Shown in pieces: positions 34,501 through 48,300 of a stretch of DNA of 64,000 bases. A model generated the notes under the pieces. The model was not told the DNA's origin. It searched no databases and saw only the letters and a list, made by a program, of their open reading frames with translations. A program made the translations under genes and the position numbers. This stretch comes from Macrostomum hystrix. Its lineage: Eukaryota > Animalia > Platyhelminthes. The stretch covers positions 1,116,001 through 1,180,000 of the forward strand of contig CATNEN010000005.1 in the NCBI GenBank assembly GCA_950097015.1, written 5' to 3'. How positions within the stretch are numbered: the stretch's first letter is position 1; each line of letters starts with the position of its first letter.

Positions 34501-37500
34501 ATTTGTATTCTACAAATCCTCATTTGTAATCTATAAATCCTCAATTTTTAACCACAAATACCAATTGATTTTCATTGCGTTTATATCACAATCCCTTATT
34601 CTGTAAGTTATATTCAGTCTAATTAATTAACCTTCTGCTCAGGGCACAAAGTCGCGCTCACATCAGGACATCGAGAAAGCTGTGGAGAGCCACGGCGCCC
34701 AGGTGTCGACCCGCACCACCCGCGAGCTGACCTCCTACAGTGTGCGCTGCTTCAGCAAAGATCTGCCTTGGGCTGTTGAACTCCTAGCCGATGTAGTCCG
34801 CAACTCCAGTTTTAACGAGGCTGCCATCGAAGCTGGCCGAGCTGAGATTTTGCGTGAGATGCAGGAGACTGAAAATGATCCGCGCACTGTTGTTATGGAC
34901 TACCTGCACGCTGCTGCTTATCAGGTTAGTAATTAAAATAATTGCAGGAGGGCTGCGGGAAATGGCACATGGCTTGGTAACACTAGACCCGCAGTCAGCA
35001 ATTCTGCCCATTTCGCTGACTCCTGAGCACACACGCACACAGATTCTGTACGCATGCACATGCTCACGCCAGGTGTGTACGTCTGCCCCGACTTTCTCAT
35101 CGTAAGGCAGTGTACACTCTCACTGTGCCCTGGAGGTTGGCCATCAAGAGCGTGAATCGCACGACAAGTCTCCAAGAATTATCGCCGTGGCTGCGCCGCA
35201 AATGAATGTGGCCTCGCCAATCTTCTCGTCTACTACAATAAATTGAACTCTTCTGTCACAATCTACCACAATGGATCAAACACTTCCATGATCACGCACA
35301 ATGGTTCAAACACTTCCATGATCACGCACAATGGTTCAAACACTTCCATGATCAAGCACATAATTTTTATGTGCTTGACACATAATTTTTAGTCCTTCCA
35401 TCCTTAGTTATTAAGTGCTATAGAATTATTGAATCCTCACTGCAGGGCACTCCTTTGTCACGCACCGTTCTGGGTCCAATCGACAGCGTGAAATCGATCG
35501 GTCCACAAGATTTGCGTCACTACGCCGAAGACAATTTCAAGCCCCACCGCATGGCCGTCGCCGCCGCTGGAGCTGTTGCTCACAGCGAACTGGCCGACCT
35601 GTGTAAGCGCCATTTTGGCTCCTTGACAAACGATTATCCTAGACAATCGCCTACTCTGAAACCCATTCGGTGAGTTCACGCTCTGCTGAATTTGAATTTC
35701 TACTGCTTGGGACTGTACTGCGTGGGCTTGTTTATCTGTTCAGATCAGATACCTTCTTAAAGACTAGATGGGGTGATGACCTTCTTAAAGACTAGATGGG
35801 GTGATGACCTTCTTAAAGACTAGATGGGGTGATGACCTTCTTAAAGACTAGATGGGGTGATGACCTTCTTAAAGACTAGATGGGGTGATGACCTTCTTAA
35901 AAACTGGATGGGGTGATGACCTTCTTAAAGACTGGATGGAGTGATGACCTTCTTAAAGACTGGATGGGGTGATGACCTTCTTAAAAACTGGATGGGGTGA
36001 TGACCTTCTTAAAGACTAGATGGGTTGATGACCTTCTTAAAGACTAGATGGGTTGATGACCTTCTTAAAGACTGGATGGGGTGATGACCTTCTTCAAGAC
36101 TAGATGGGGTGATGACCTTCTTAAAGACTAGATGCGGCGATGACCTTCTTAAAGACTAGATGGGGCGATGACCTTCTTAAAGACTAGATGGGGTGATGAC
36201 CTTCTTAAAGACTGGATGGGGTGATGACCTTCTTAAAGACTAGATGGGGCGATGACCTTCTTAAAAACTGGATGGGGTGATGACCTTCTTAAAGACTGGA
36301 TGGGGTGATGACCTTCTTAAAGACTAGATGGGGTGATGACCTTCTTAAAGACTAGATGGGGTGATGACCTTCTTAAAAACTGGATGGGGTGATGACCTTC
36401 TTAAAGACTAGATGGGGTGATGACCTTCTTAAAGACTAGATGGGGTGATGACCTTCTTAAAGACTAGATGGGGTGATGACCTTCTTAAAGACTAGATGGG
36501 GTGATGACCTTCTTAAAAACTGGATGGGGTGATGACCTTCTTAAAGACTGGATGGAGTGATGACCTTCTTAAAGACTGGATGGGGTGATGACTTTCTTAA
36601 AGACTAGATGGGGTGATGACCTTCTTAAAGACTAGATGGGGTGATGACCTTCTTAAAGACTGGATGGGGTGATGACCTTCTTAAAGACTGGATGGAGTGA
36701 TGACCTTCTTAAAGACTGGATGGGGTGATGACCTTCTTAAAGACTAGATGGGGTGATGACCTTCTTAAAGACTGGATGGGGTGATGACCTTCTTCAAGAC
36801 TAGATGGGGTGATGACCTTCTTAAAGACTAGATGCGGCGATGACCTTCTTAAAGACTAGATGGGGCGATGACCTTCTTAAAGACTAGATGGGGTGATGAC
36901 CTTCTTAAAGACTGGATGGGGTGATGACCTTCTTAAAGACTAGATGGGGCGATGACCTTCTTAAAAACTGGATGGGGTGATGACCTTCTTAAAGACTGGA
37001 TGGGGTGATGACCTTCTTAAAGACTAGATGGGGTGATGACCTTCTTAAAGACTAGATGGGGTGATGACCTTCTTAAAAACTGGATGGGGTGATGACCTTC
37101 TTAAAGACTAGATGGGGTGATGACCTTCTTAAAGACTAGATGGGGTGATGACCTTCTTAAAGACTAGATGGGGTGATGACCTTCTTAAAGACTAGATGGG
37201 GTGATGACCTTCTTAAAAACTGGATGGGGTGATGACCTTCTTAAAGACTGGATGGAGTGATGACCTTCTTAAAGACTGGATGGGGTGATGACTTTCTTAA
37301 AGACTAGATGGGGTGATGACCTTCTTAAAGACTAGATGGGGTGATGACCTTCTTAAAGACTGGATGGGGTGATGACCTTCTTAAAGACTGGATGGAGTGA
37401 TGACCTTCTTAAAGACTGGATGGGGTGATGACCTTCTTAAAGACTAGATGGGGTGATGACCTTCTTAAAGACTAGATGGGGTGATGACCTTCTTAAAGAC

Positions 37501-38358
37501 TGGATGGGGTGATGACCTTCTTAAAGGCTATGTTGCTGCGGCAATGTCATTTAAATATACTACGCTCGTAGTTTGCGCAATGACCTTTTTGTGACTTTTT
37601 GAAGTAATAAAAATATATAGACTATTTTCAGGATAATAAGCAATGACCTTATAGTTATAAATTATCTTAGGTCTTTGTTGATTTAAATGGCCACTCCACT
37701 GCACCTGATCTACAGATTCACCGGCTCGTCCCTATTGGACCGGGACGATCACCTGCCATTCGCCCACGTCGCCCTGGCTGTCGAAGGTCCCGCCTGGGCC
37801 GACGACGATATTATCCCAATGTCGCTAGCGGCCGCCTACATCGGATCCTGGAATCGTGGCCAGGGCGGCGGCAATAACATCGCCTCCAGGCTAGCTAGAC
37901 AGGCTCACGATGCGTTCAACGGCGGCATCTTGTCCTATGATAGTTTCCTATCTAGCTACCGCGAGACTTCCCTATGGGGCATGCACTTTGTAGCCACTCA
38001 GGAGTCTGTGAACTTCTTCACTAAAGACTTTCAAACCGATTGGATGGAGCTAACTCAAGATGTGCGAGAATTCGACCTGATCCGGACTAAGAACGCCATG
38101 CTAACTAACCTGTACTCTAAGCTGGCCGGAACTCAGGCCGCCTGCGACGAACTGGGACGTCACGTGATCTGCTACGGTAGACGAATGCCAATGCGCGAAC
38201 TGGAAGATCGCATCGCCCGCGTTAAGCCGCGCGATCTAAGCCAAGCCGCTGAGCAGTACATCTACGACCGCTGCCCGGTTGTGGCCGGCTACGGCCCAAT
38301 CGAGGGCCTGCCAGATTACAATAGGCTGCGCGGCAAGATGTGGTTCTACAGAGTCTAA
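31567..38358 (+). CDS. PMPCB: Mitochondrial-processing peptidase beta / complex III core 1 family (M16), 5 exons
   Basis: Exons 31567-31611, 33364-33612, 34643-34924, 35446-35669, 37716-38358. Arg-rich presequence; [13 protein letters not shown]; [13 protein letters not shown]|GT (intact HxxEH); ILREMQE; C-terminal [19 protein letters not shown]. Confidence 0.88.
32040..32230 (-). mobile_element. Possible Merlin/ISXO2-like transposase N-terminal relic
   Basis: [17 protein letters not shown]...[10 protein letters not shown] resembles the WL..GLL...CP.C..M.L...DG.WRC zinc-ribbon start; disrupted. Confidence 0.4.
33660..34550. repeat. 21-bp minisatellite in PMPCB intron 2
   Basis: Unit ctacaaatcctcattcttaat. 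Confidence 0.96.
34970..35230 (-). mobile_element. SINE-B copy in PMPCB intron 3
   Basis: acactagacccgcagtcagc...gtacgtctgccc...aggcagtgtacactctc. Confidence 0.75.
35270..35362. repeat. Short tandem repeat of about 29 bp (3 copies)
   Basis: caatggttcaaacacttccatgatcacgca repeated. Confidence 0.85.
35750..37525. repeat. 28-bp minisatellite in PMPCB intron 4
   Basis: Unit agactagatggggtgatgaccttcttaa; 700-bp higher-order duplication (tcttcaagac at 36091 and 36791). Confidence 0.98.
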
Positions 38359-40603
38359 TGTTTGGTTTTTTCTGGATTGAATGCGAACTAACTGAACTCT
38401 CCTAACTTTTACGTATAATTAATTTCATAGGAAACCAATTGAAATCAGACAACTTATTATATAAAAAGCTTTAGATCTGTTGTTTTTATTTAAAGTTTTT
38501 GTTTGCTTGCACAATAACTACTGATCCTAGTTGCTAGTAGTATGGTGAAACGACAGAGCGTAGCGAAATAACTCATTTTTAACTATGTTCTACACCTGTC
38601 TAACTATATTTTAGTTACTGTAAGTAGTATAAGTGTATAAAAACATTTGGCAGTGCTAGTTTCAAAAGCAAATAAATATATATAGCGTTGGTTTCTTCTA
38701 GGTCTATGTCAAAATGTTGGTTTACGTCTGGTTTGACTTGGCCTACGGTACTAAAAGTTTTGACAACAGTCCTCAATTCTTTTTTGTGTGTCTACCTGCC
38801 ATCAATTTGAGATTTTAACCCTCCATAATAAACTCACTGTAAGCCCGATTATTACTGAAAGGAAATACAAATTATAATAAATACACTTCTTAGTTATTAA
38901 TAATTGAATTTAAAAAATTGCTTGCGAAAAGCGATTTCGCGCACTTCTTCAACTGAAGCGCTCCTGTTTGGGCGATTTCTATGATTTCTATGATTTCTAC
39001 TCGTATTTCTATAAAGGCAATTTCTATGATTAGTTATTTATTTGTTGAAGGATTTTCAACGCTTGGTTGTGTTTGCGGCACAACTAGTCGTGTCTTTAAA
39101 CTGAATCGTATCACTAATTAGCGATTTTATTGCTTAACATCCTCGATACGCAAATTTAACGATGCATTCCTAAAAGAGAAAATACGATTTGCGAAGACGC
39201 AAACGTATTCAACCTTCATTCAAAGTGTTAATGCAGTTAGCACACAAAAGTAAAAGTAAATACTGAACAATCGTTGATGTCTTTAATGTATATAAGTGCA
39301 TTTAATTGAGTGAAATAGTGGAGATCGTGTAACACTGGAAAATTTAATTTAATTTTTAACACTGAAGTTTAAAATAACCTTGACGGTGAGAAATTCTTTT
39401 TAACTTTAAGGGGAGCAAGCTAAACTTTTATTTTAGCTGAACGAAGCTAAAATAATGTAGTTAAGCTAAAAAAAATAATCATAGTAACTATTAATTAGTA
39501 CTGCGTACATAAAAAGTTTTGCTCACGGTTTGAAGTCTTAGTTCAAGTAAAACAAATTAGAGCTGTTATTGCTACTGTTAATGTTTTTTAACTATTATTA
39601 TTTTAGAAAAGTATTTTTTCTTAATTATTACTTAATTAAAAATATTCAAATAGAAGAAGTTAGTTCTAAGATTCTTATTTCCATTGATAATTGTGTACTG
39701 TTTTGACTCGTCGTAGAGATAATATTAATTTTGTAACATACTGTGTGTGCGTTAGTATTATGCTTAAGACAATTATCGTATCAAATGATGTCTTCTAATA
39801 TTTTTAATTATTTCGGTAACTCAATATGCGTGTAAACCCTAAAATTCTCTACAATTGACACGACTTTTCACTTAATGTTGCTCTATCGACTTTAATTGAC
39901 TTTCACTAAACAAAACTGTTATGTGTATTTTTTAAGTTGGTAACACTGCAAGAATTATAGGCGTCAATACCCTTTTAAAATAGTAAAAACAGAAGTAGAT
40001 TTAATAACCATATTTACATGAAAAAAATAGGAAGCATGACAAAAAGGCAAACTAAATAAACACACCTTATATTCTTATTTAATTTTTTTCAAATAGCTAA
40101 TTAACTCCCATAAGCTCTATACTTTATATAAAATATACAAAAAGTACAAAGCGAAATAATTCATTTTTAATACTTAAAGTCTTTCTCTTGTCAAAATTTT
40201 TATCTTAGCTTTAAAAAATACTATTTATAGGATTGGATTATTGAGGATTATGGATTTTGGATTGTTGAACTTGTAAAAAATGCTTTTATTTTATTGTGTA
40301 CAGTATCCTCTAAACCAAAAAGCATTGTGATCGTCATTATAGTTGGCTTTTGGTTTACTTAGATTCAATTTGTATTCTTTCAAGCTGTACCAATTTTTTT
40401 TTATAATTATGTTGCTTATCGTTCATTAGTATTATTATGGTAAGTAAAAAATTATGCAACACACGTTTTTCAAAAGGGTTATTTTTTATCATGTAGTTTT
40501 GTTAGATGTTTTGAAACTAAACATCTAAAACCATTATTGACCGGACTATTTGCAGTTTTTTACCAGCTAATAACAGACCAGTTAGCTGTGCAGTCCGTCA
40601 AAG

Positions 40604-41700
40604 ATGTTGACCTCAGACGAAGCCGCCACAAAAATTCAGCGCGCCTGGCGTCGTCACATCGACATGCAGGTGTTTCGCTATTATCGCGACCTAATCAACT
40701 TCAAGCAGAAGGGCGACCCGGCGCTAATGCTGAAGAGCATCAACCCGGCCGAGGCCAAACTGTTGGACGCTGCATCTGGGGTTCACGTGAAATTCCGATT
40801 AGCTGGAGAGACTTTTCCGCCAAACATCTACTACAAGATATTCACGCATAGGCCGGTGCAGGACATGTGCGCCAACAGTCCCAAGGATTACACAAGGCCC
40901 GAAGCTAAATTACAGGTTGGTTGGAAATTGCTAAATTTAAATAGAAATAATTGAGAGCCATCTAGCGCAGCAGTTAATCCAAAAAAACTGCAGGACTGTC
41001 GCCAGTTGCACAACAATACCAGACCATTGGACTATCTGCAGCAGCAGCCGCCTAGAGACGGTTGGTACAGACGAGTTGAGAACAACGGCTGGCGACTGGT
41101 ATCAGATAGAGCTTTGGCCGGGGGCAAGACTATCGACTTGTCCTCAGCCGACGGCCTGGGAGGCGAGTTTCATCACGACCGGCTACAGCGCCGAGCCGAA
41201 ATCGCCGCCAGAAGGAAACGACGCCGAGTTCAGTGGCTGATGAAGATGCACCGCGAGGGGCTGCTCAAGAGTCGGGAGCCCGACGCTGCAGAGCTGGTGG
41301 AGAGCGCGGCCGACGGTATGGTGCGAGCGCTGGAGGCTGGCGAAGAGGTGAGGCTGCATGGCGGTGTTTAATGCACACGGCAATGTTCATGTCCAATTCT
41401 TCCTATATGCATCTAAGGTGTTCTTCTACTTTTCATTTTCCCCAGGTTGAAGACTGGGAAGTTGAAGAACTACTCCACTGGTCAACTTGTCTGGACTTTG
41501 AGCAGTACGCCTCAGATTGGGGCACAGCGGCCACAACCGCGCCCTCAGACGAACAGTTAAGAGTAGGCGCTCAGTTGCGCGCGCTACAGAATGCCGCAGC
41601 TGAGTCGTCAGTGTCTGAGAGGCATCTGAATACGGCCGACTCCAGGCCGAGAGCTGTCGCGGCGGCTAACGCGGCCATCGCAGAGAAAACAGCAAATTAA
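40604..41700 (+). CDS. MFI: MFI/C11orf65 homolog (IQ motif), 3 exons
   Basis: Exons 40604-40915, 40994-41347, 41446-41700. AATKIQRAWR; INPAEAKLLDAASGVHVKFRLAGETFPPNIYYKIFTHRPVQDMCANSP; WYRRVENNGWR; EDWEVEELLHWSTCLDFEQY. Confidence 0.9.
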
Positions 41701-42322
41701 ATTAATCGATTACAATTCAAGAGGCTAATCAGTTGTGAAAACCAGCCAATCAGCGAAGGTTATTGGACTCCAATTTTCTACCCCCTTTGCACCCGCCTCA
41801 CGCCAATGTCAAGATTTTTTTATCTAATTATACCCACCCTCCTCCGCTTCTGATTGGCTGTAACCAATCTGCAACTAAAATGGAAATGATCTTTTGCGAA
41901 GTTTGTTAGCGTTTTATGTAACGAAACTGGCCCTTTCAAGATATAGGATTTTTTATGACTTGAGTATCCCTTTAAGCTCCGGGTTTTAATTAAATTTTAC
42001 TGTCTATGAAAGATTCTTGAATTTTTTGTAATAAATTTTTTCATTGTGTTTTAGTTGCGAAAAATGTAATTATTGTCGGCTTTCCTTGTCTCATTTCTTG
42101 AACTATGTAAACAAATTTAACACTTTTAAAGAAAAATATATTTTATATTAGTATAAAAGTATTTATATATCGAACGAGTATATCGAACAATTGACAAACT
42201 TTTTCAGCTTACCCGAAACCACAACAAAAAAACACCTGGCCGAATACAGTCTGTTTGAACTGGCTGAGTTCTAGGCAGCTAAAATGATTCCCGGCTTTTT
42301 GCCGAGAAGATCGGCTGGGACG

Positions 42323-45300
42323 ATGGATAGTAGACACGACTCGAGTGATATCATCTCTGAGAGCGAAGAGTTTGAAGCTGTGAGAAATCGATCAGAATGA
42401 TTCGTGACAAATCGTTTTATAGACATTGAATATTCTCTACGAACTTTAATTTTGTACAACATCGCAGGTTCGAGCCCTCGAGCAGGAGACAATCGCTCTG
42501 TTGGAGGCTGGCAAGCCACAGGAAGCCATTACTCGCCTATCTGATGCCCTGGAAATCGATGTTGGCAATGCTCGACTCCTGTGTCTGAGGGCGCAGCTGC
42601 ACTGCCAGCTGGGCGACTTTGAAGCTGCACTGGGCGACGCCGAACAGGCGGCTTCTATTGAGCAGTTTAGCTGCGAGGTAGGGACGCTGGGATCCAGCTA
42701 TACAGCTGTTGCGCTGATTGGCTAGCCGAAAGTTTATTCTTTAAAACTCATCCTCTCTACTCTTCGCTGATTGGCTACTTACCCGGCTGTTTGTTCTTTA
42801 CAACTCCTACCCTCCACTCTTCGCTGATTGGCTAACCTGACAGTTTGTTCTTTGCAACTCATCCTCTCTACTCTTCGCTGATTGGCTACTTACCCGGCTG
42901 TTTGTTCTTTACAACTCCTACCCTCCACTCTTCGCTGATTGGCTAACCTGACAGTTTGTTCTTTGCAACTCATCCTCTCTACTCTTCGCTGATTGGCTAC
43001 AAACCCGACTGTTTGTTCTTTGCAACTCATACCCTCCACTCTTCGCTGATTGGCTAACCTGACAGTTTGTTCTTTGCAACTCATCCTCTCTACTCTTCGC
43101 TGATTGGCTACAAACCCGACTGTTTGTTCTTTGCAACTCATACCCTCCACTCTTCGCTAATATCGTGTTTTTACTTTATAGTTTCAGGTTACCTCGATCT
43201 ATAGTATAAGTCTCATTTAAAACACGACAAAATTTCACAGGCTTACTGCTTTCGCAGCGCCATCTTACGAAAGCTGGAGCGCAACGATGAAGCTATTCTG
43301 CACAATGTTCGCTGCCTCAATCTGGACGATTGCAATCTGCCCAGAGTGAAGACGTCGCTATTGCTATCTTTTCGGCGACTGTTACCGCATCTCACGGAAC
43401 AACTCGACTCTTTGAAAGGTATAAACACGTTTTCTATTTTTTTATTTTGAACCGTCCTTCTATACCAATCTCGGATATAATTAATTAGCCAATTTTACTG
43501 CTTAACTCTCAGAGAAACTAGCTCGTCTATCCTTTCCTCACTTCTGATTGGCTAGCTTATTTCACTGCTTCGCCCTCATACAACTTTAACCGTCTATCCT
43601 TATCTTAAAGCTGATTGGCTAGCCTAATTCGCTTCTTCAATTTCATACCCCATTACCCGTCTCATTATCTCGCAGCTGACTGGCTAGCTGCTCACTGCTT
43701 CATTATCAGACCCCTTTACCCGTCTATCCTTATCTAGATCTATCTAGTCTAGATATATCCTTATCTATCTAGTCTCCTTTTCTAGCCAATCATTCAATAT
43801 CGTCAACCTTATTTTAAACTTCGCAGATCTGGAGATATTCAACTTTCTTTGCCAGCTGGGTGTGCTAGCTTCAAAGGAGGGACGCCAGCACTTGGCCATC
43901 CAGCTGCTGGAGGTTGCTCAAACCTACGAAACTGAGCAGCTGGGACTTCGCATGCTGCTGCTACTATCGTTGGCTAATTCCTACGCCAGTCGAAAGTATT
44001 CCGAAGTTGCTATCGAATTGTACACCGAGTGTTTAAAGGTGACACAAAACAAAACAAAAGCTTTGAAATAAGAGAAGGGAGAGTTGATAATACAAACAAC
44101 TGTATATAAGATTTTTAAATTCATCTGCAGGTAGCAACAGACGTCCACGACACCAGTTATCAGATAAAATGCTTGGTGAGCCTAGCAGCTATGCACCTGC
44201 ACAGCGACAACGTTGCCAAGGCAACCGCCTATTATCAGCGTCTGTTAGATCTGCGCCAGGATTGCATAGTTGACAACGCCAATGGGGACTGGTCCCCGGA
44301 GTTGGAGTGCGGCCTGCTGCTCAACTTGAGCATCTGCTGCGCCGGTTTGGGCAATCTTGACGAGTCCCGACGCTACGCTGAGCTGAGCGTCGCCGCAGCG
44401 AGTCAGTCCAACTCAGCTTCGGCTGCTCAGATGCAAGCTCAATGCCGATCAAATTACGGCCTGGCCCTGCTGAGGGCTGGCCGGCCCGACCTGGCCAAGC
44501 TTTCGCTTGAAGAGGCCTTGAAATCAGCCAGGAGAACTGGAGACCCGAGTTTGCTGGCCAGTTGCCAGGGACTCTTGGGCAGCGTCATGGCCGAGCTGAG
44601 GAATGCCGGACTGTCAGCCGCGTATCACGAGCAGCAGGTGAGAGAACGGTACTACTCGGATTACAGATTTAAAACCTGTGACCCTGCAGCCCTGTCTCTT
44701 TCTACCCCAGTGTCTCTTTCTACCCCTGCGTCTCTTTCTACCCCTGCGTCTCTTTCTACCCCTGCGTCTCTTTCTACCCTACGTCTCTCTCTACCCCAGT
44801 GTCTCTTTCTACCCCCTGCGTCTCTTTCTACCCCCTGTGTTTCTTTCTACCCCCTGTGTTTCTTTCTACCCCCTTTGTCTCTTTCTACTCCCTGCGTCTC
44901 TTTCTACCCCTATCACTTTCCACCCTTTTTTCTTTCTACCCCTGCGTCTCTTTCTTTGCCTGTTTCTCATTCTTCTCAAATTTTAACCCGAGACAGGATT
45001 TTTTCTTTTTTAGTTCTCATTTACCCACTATTTCTATATTTCTGTCTCAATTTTAAAATACCAAACCTCAGAAGAGAAGCATGAAAAATCCCTTTGATCC
45101 CCCAGATCATTAACTGTCGTCGCGCTGAGGACCGCGACGCTCTAGCCAGAGCTCACCTGGCCAGCGGCGACAGTCTCCGAACTCTGGGCAGTTTCGACTC
45201 GGCGATCGCCCAATTCGTCGAAGCCGGCCGGGTTGCATTGCGACCGGAGATGAAGCTACTGGCCGAGGTGAAGATGGGCGAGACCCATCTCACGGCCGAC

Positions 45301-48300
45301 AGGCCACAGCGCGCCCTGTACCATTTCGAGCACTGCCTGGACCTGGCAGAAGCCGACCCTGATGGGATCACCGACCAGCTGCAGTCCGTGCAGCTGCAGG
45401 TGGCCGTCATTCATCAGATGTCATCGTCAACTGAATCTCTTGACGCTGTGAGAATGGGTGTTACCATAGACTATGCCTTTTTGTAGGAGTGGAGTTTGAG
45501 GATATTTATTTCACTTAAGGAAGTTGTAGCCTGGTGGTTAGAGCGACGGACTCAGGACTTAAAGGTCGAGGGTTCGATTCCCGACTCCACTGGAACAATT
45601 AGTGTCCTTTAGTAAAACAGCTCTGCATTGCTTCAGTTCACCCGGCTTGTATTTGACAAACTATTAAAAAATATTACTTTTAATACTACTGCGCAATCTC
45701 CTACTGCAAGTAGGCTAGTATGATATATTGCAACTATTTCGCGATGCTCAATTCAGGCCGAGCGTTTATTTTATCAGCTGCTGCCAAATCTGGAGCGAAG
45801 CCTCAGTCGTCCTCGACCGTGGGACGCCCCGGCGCCAAGGGATCTACTTCGCGATCTGCGTCGCTGCTATCTTGGACTGGCGAATGCGGCTGCGAAGCGA
45901 GACAAATCCGAAAGAGCCCTGCTGGCCTCCGAGGCCGCTAGGCGCCGGAGCATCGGCCATCACCTGTCCACCAGGCTGTCCACCCTTTCAACGGACAGAT
46001 TCGAAGTTCTGGAAGGCGGCGGCGGCGGCGGCAGCGGCGTAGGAAACGATCGCGGGCGGCTGCAGTTGAACTGGGACATGGACCGGCTTAGGCGCACGGT
46101 AATAATCCTGCTAGTGAATGCAGTGTGGGGTTTGAGTGAGTGGTCTAACACCTATGCCTCTCGCAACGAGGTTCCTGAGCTCGTTTCCGAGCTCGATTCG
46201 CTGGCTGCGGGTCTAGTGTCACGAAATGATGTGCCAGAACCCACAGCACGCAAGTATTATCGTTAACATGTGACTGCTCACACCCAGGTGGATCTTCAGT
46301 CAACGAGTGTGCTGTGCCTAAGTCTGACCACAGACGGTTGCCTTGTTTGGCTGCTGGAACCCACCCGCGGCCTGACAGCCTTCGATCATCGCACCAGCGC
46401 CAAAGGTTTCAGCGTCCGACGTCTCAAGTCGTTGGCTGCTCGACTTCTAGCCGACTGCGCTTCTGGTCAACGGCTGAGGTACTTCGCCGAGGTCCGACGC
46501 CTGCCAGAGTCGCGAAGTCGGCTTAGATGCCAGCGAAGGCGCTACGAGGCTTTGTCGAGAGCGCATCGGCGAGCGGAGGCCGAGAGGCTGTTCGACGAAG
46601 CCGAGACGGCGGCTAAAATAGCTGAGGCTGGTAGCGAAACGGTGAGCTTTTCGGTGAATTAGAAAGTGAAAAAACAGGATATTCCTAGGGTTGAGCTGAT
46701 AATTATGCAGCCAAGCTTATTCCCTCTCTGTGTACTTGCCAATTCATTTTAAACTGTAAATATACTCCGTTGAAATGATGTTAAGCAGCTACTCATCCAC
46801 CCTAAATGTAACAGCAAATTGCTTTGCACTAAATGAACATTAAGCAGTCTAGATATTTATTTCCCGATTTTAAGTTTACCCGCCCTTATTCTACCCACAA
46901 TGTACTTTCAGCAAGCTATTATTTGTAGCCTTTACGTAAATTCAACTCTCAAGTTAATTATCCTCAATGTACATACATAAACTTATTCTTCTATCCTAAA
47001 ATGTTCTTAAAGCAGCCTAGTTTTCTAACCTCAAATGTACATTCAGCAGCCTAGTTTTCTAACCTCAAATGTACACTCGGCAGCCTAGATTTCTATCCAC
47101 AAATGTACATTTAGCAGCCTAGTTTTCTATCCTCAATGTACATGCAGCAGCGAAGCTCGTATTCTCTATCCTCAATGTACATTCGGCAGCTTTCTTTTTG
47201 TCTTTAATTAACAATAAGCTTAGTCTCCTCCTTCAGCACCCTCCCGAAGCCCTCTAAGCATGCACGGCTTTTAACCCAAAGAGCTAAAAATTTTAATCAA
47301 CAGAAGCTCGAGCCACTACAGCAGCTCTATCGCATGCTTCTTGGTGGCGGCTGTGTCGAAGATCGTTTAAATAGTTTGCCATCCGACTCCAGCGTAACCT
47401 TGGTTACCGATGACGCCGAACTGGGCGCCATTCCATTCGAATTGGCGCCAAAATTTAGCCGCCTAGCAACGCCTCCGTTTCGCGTCAGCAGCCTGTGGCA
47501 TCTGGACTGCGCGGTAAACAGCGAACTTGACCGATTGAGGTTTGAGGAGGACGTCGAATTTGAACGCCAGTTGGCTAGGCGCGGTGGCAAAGCTGACGGC
47601 GCTATCAATGCAAACTCATCCGACATGCAGGCAGACGATTTTCAACCTAGCGAATCTGCCAGACAGAGGCGCCCTGGCGCGGCGGTGACCTTTGATCTCA
47701 AAGCGACAAATAAAAAAGCGGCCGCAGCCAAGAAGGTGTCAACTGGAGCGCCAATTATTAAATTTACAACTGGCGCGGAAACCGAATCGCCGGCATTGAA
47801 TCCTAGACAGGTGACTGGGATAAATTATCTTTCTTTCAGAAATATGTTTATAATAGAAATTTTAACCAAAGATCCTAACATTTTGTGTCCAATTCTGGCA
47901 TAAGAGAATCCATATTGACCCAGAGTAATCTTGACCCAGAATGATCTTGACCCAGAGAACTATTGACCCAGAGAACTATTGACACATCGACCTGCTTCGC
48001 TTCCCAAATCTGCAGCTGTCGAATCCCCACCTGCTTCGGACCGCATCCACCGACCCAGCGAGCAGCCAGCCAGCAAAGCAATCAACGACTTTGTCTCTTC
48101 AGCCGAATGTCGGCTCTCGTCGTCCGCATCCAGCAGCTGGAGCCGCGTCGACAACTCTTTCAACAATGGCCACCGGAGGAGCCAAGGCGAAGGCCCACAG
48201 TCGAGTCGCTGACACTGTCACGGTTCTGACTAGTCGCACCGCGACAGACACGAATGTGGCCACATCGTCTCTCTTCGTGACGCCCTATCGACAGATTAGC

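Noticed and set aside
35750-37525. CRISPR-like regular array (also 57050-57840)
   Set aside because: Units are directly adjacent with no unique spacers, no cas genes are present, and the context is a eukaryotic intron.
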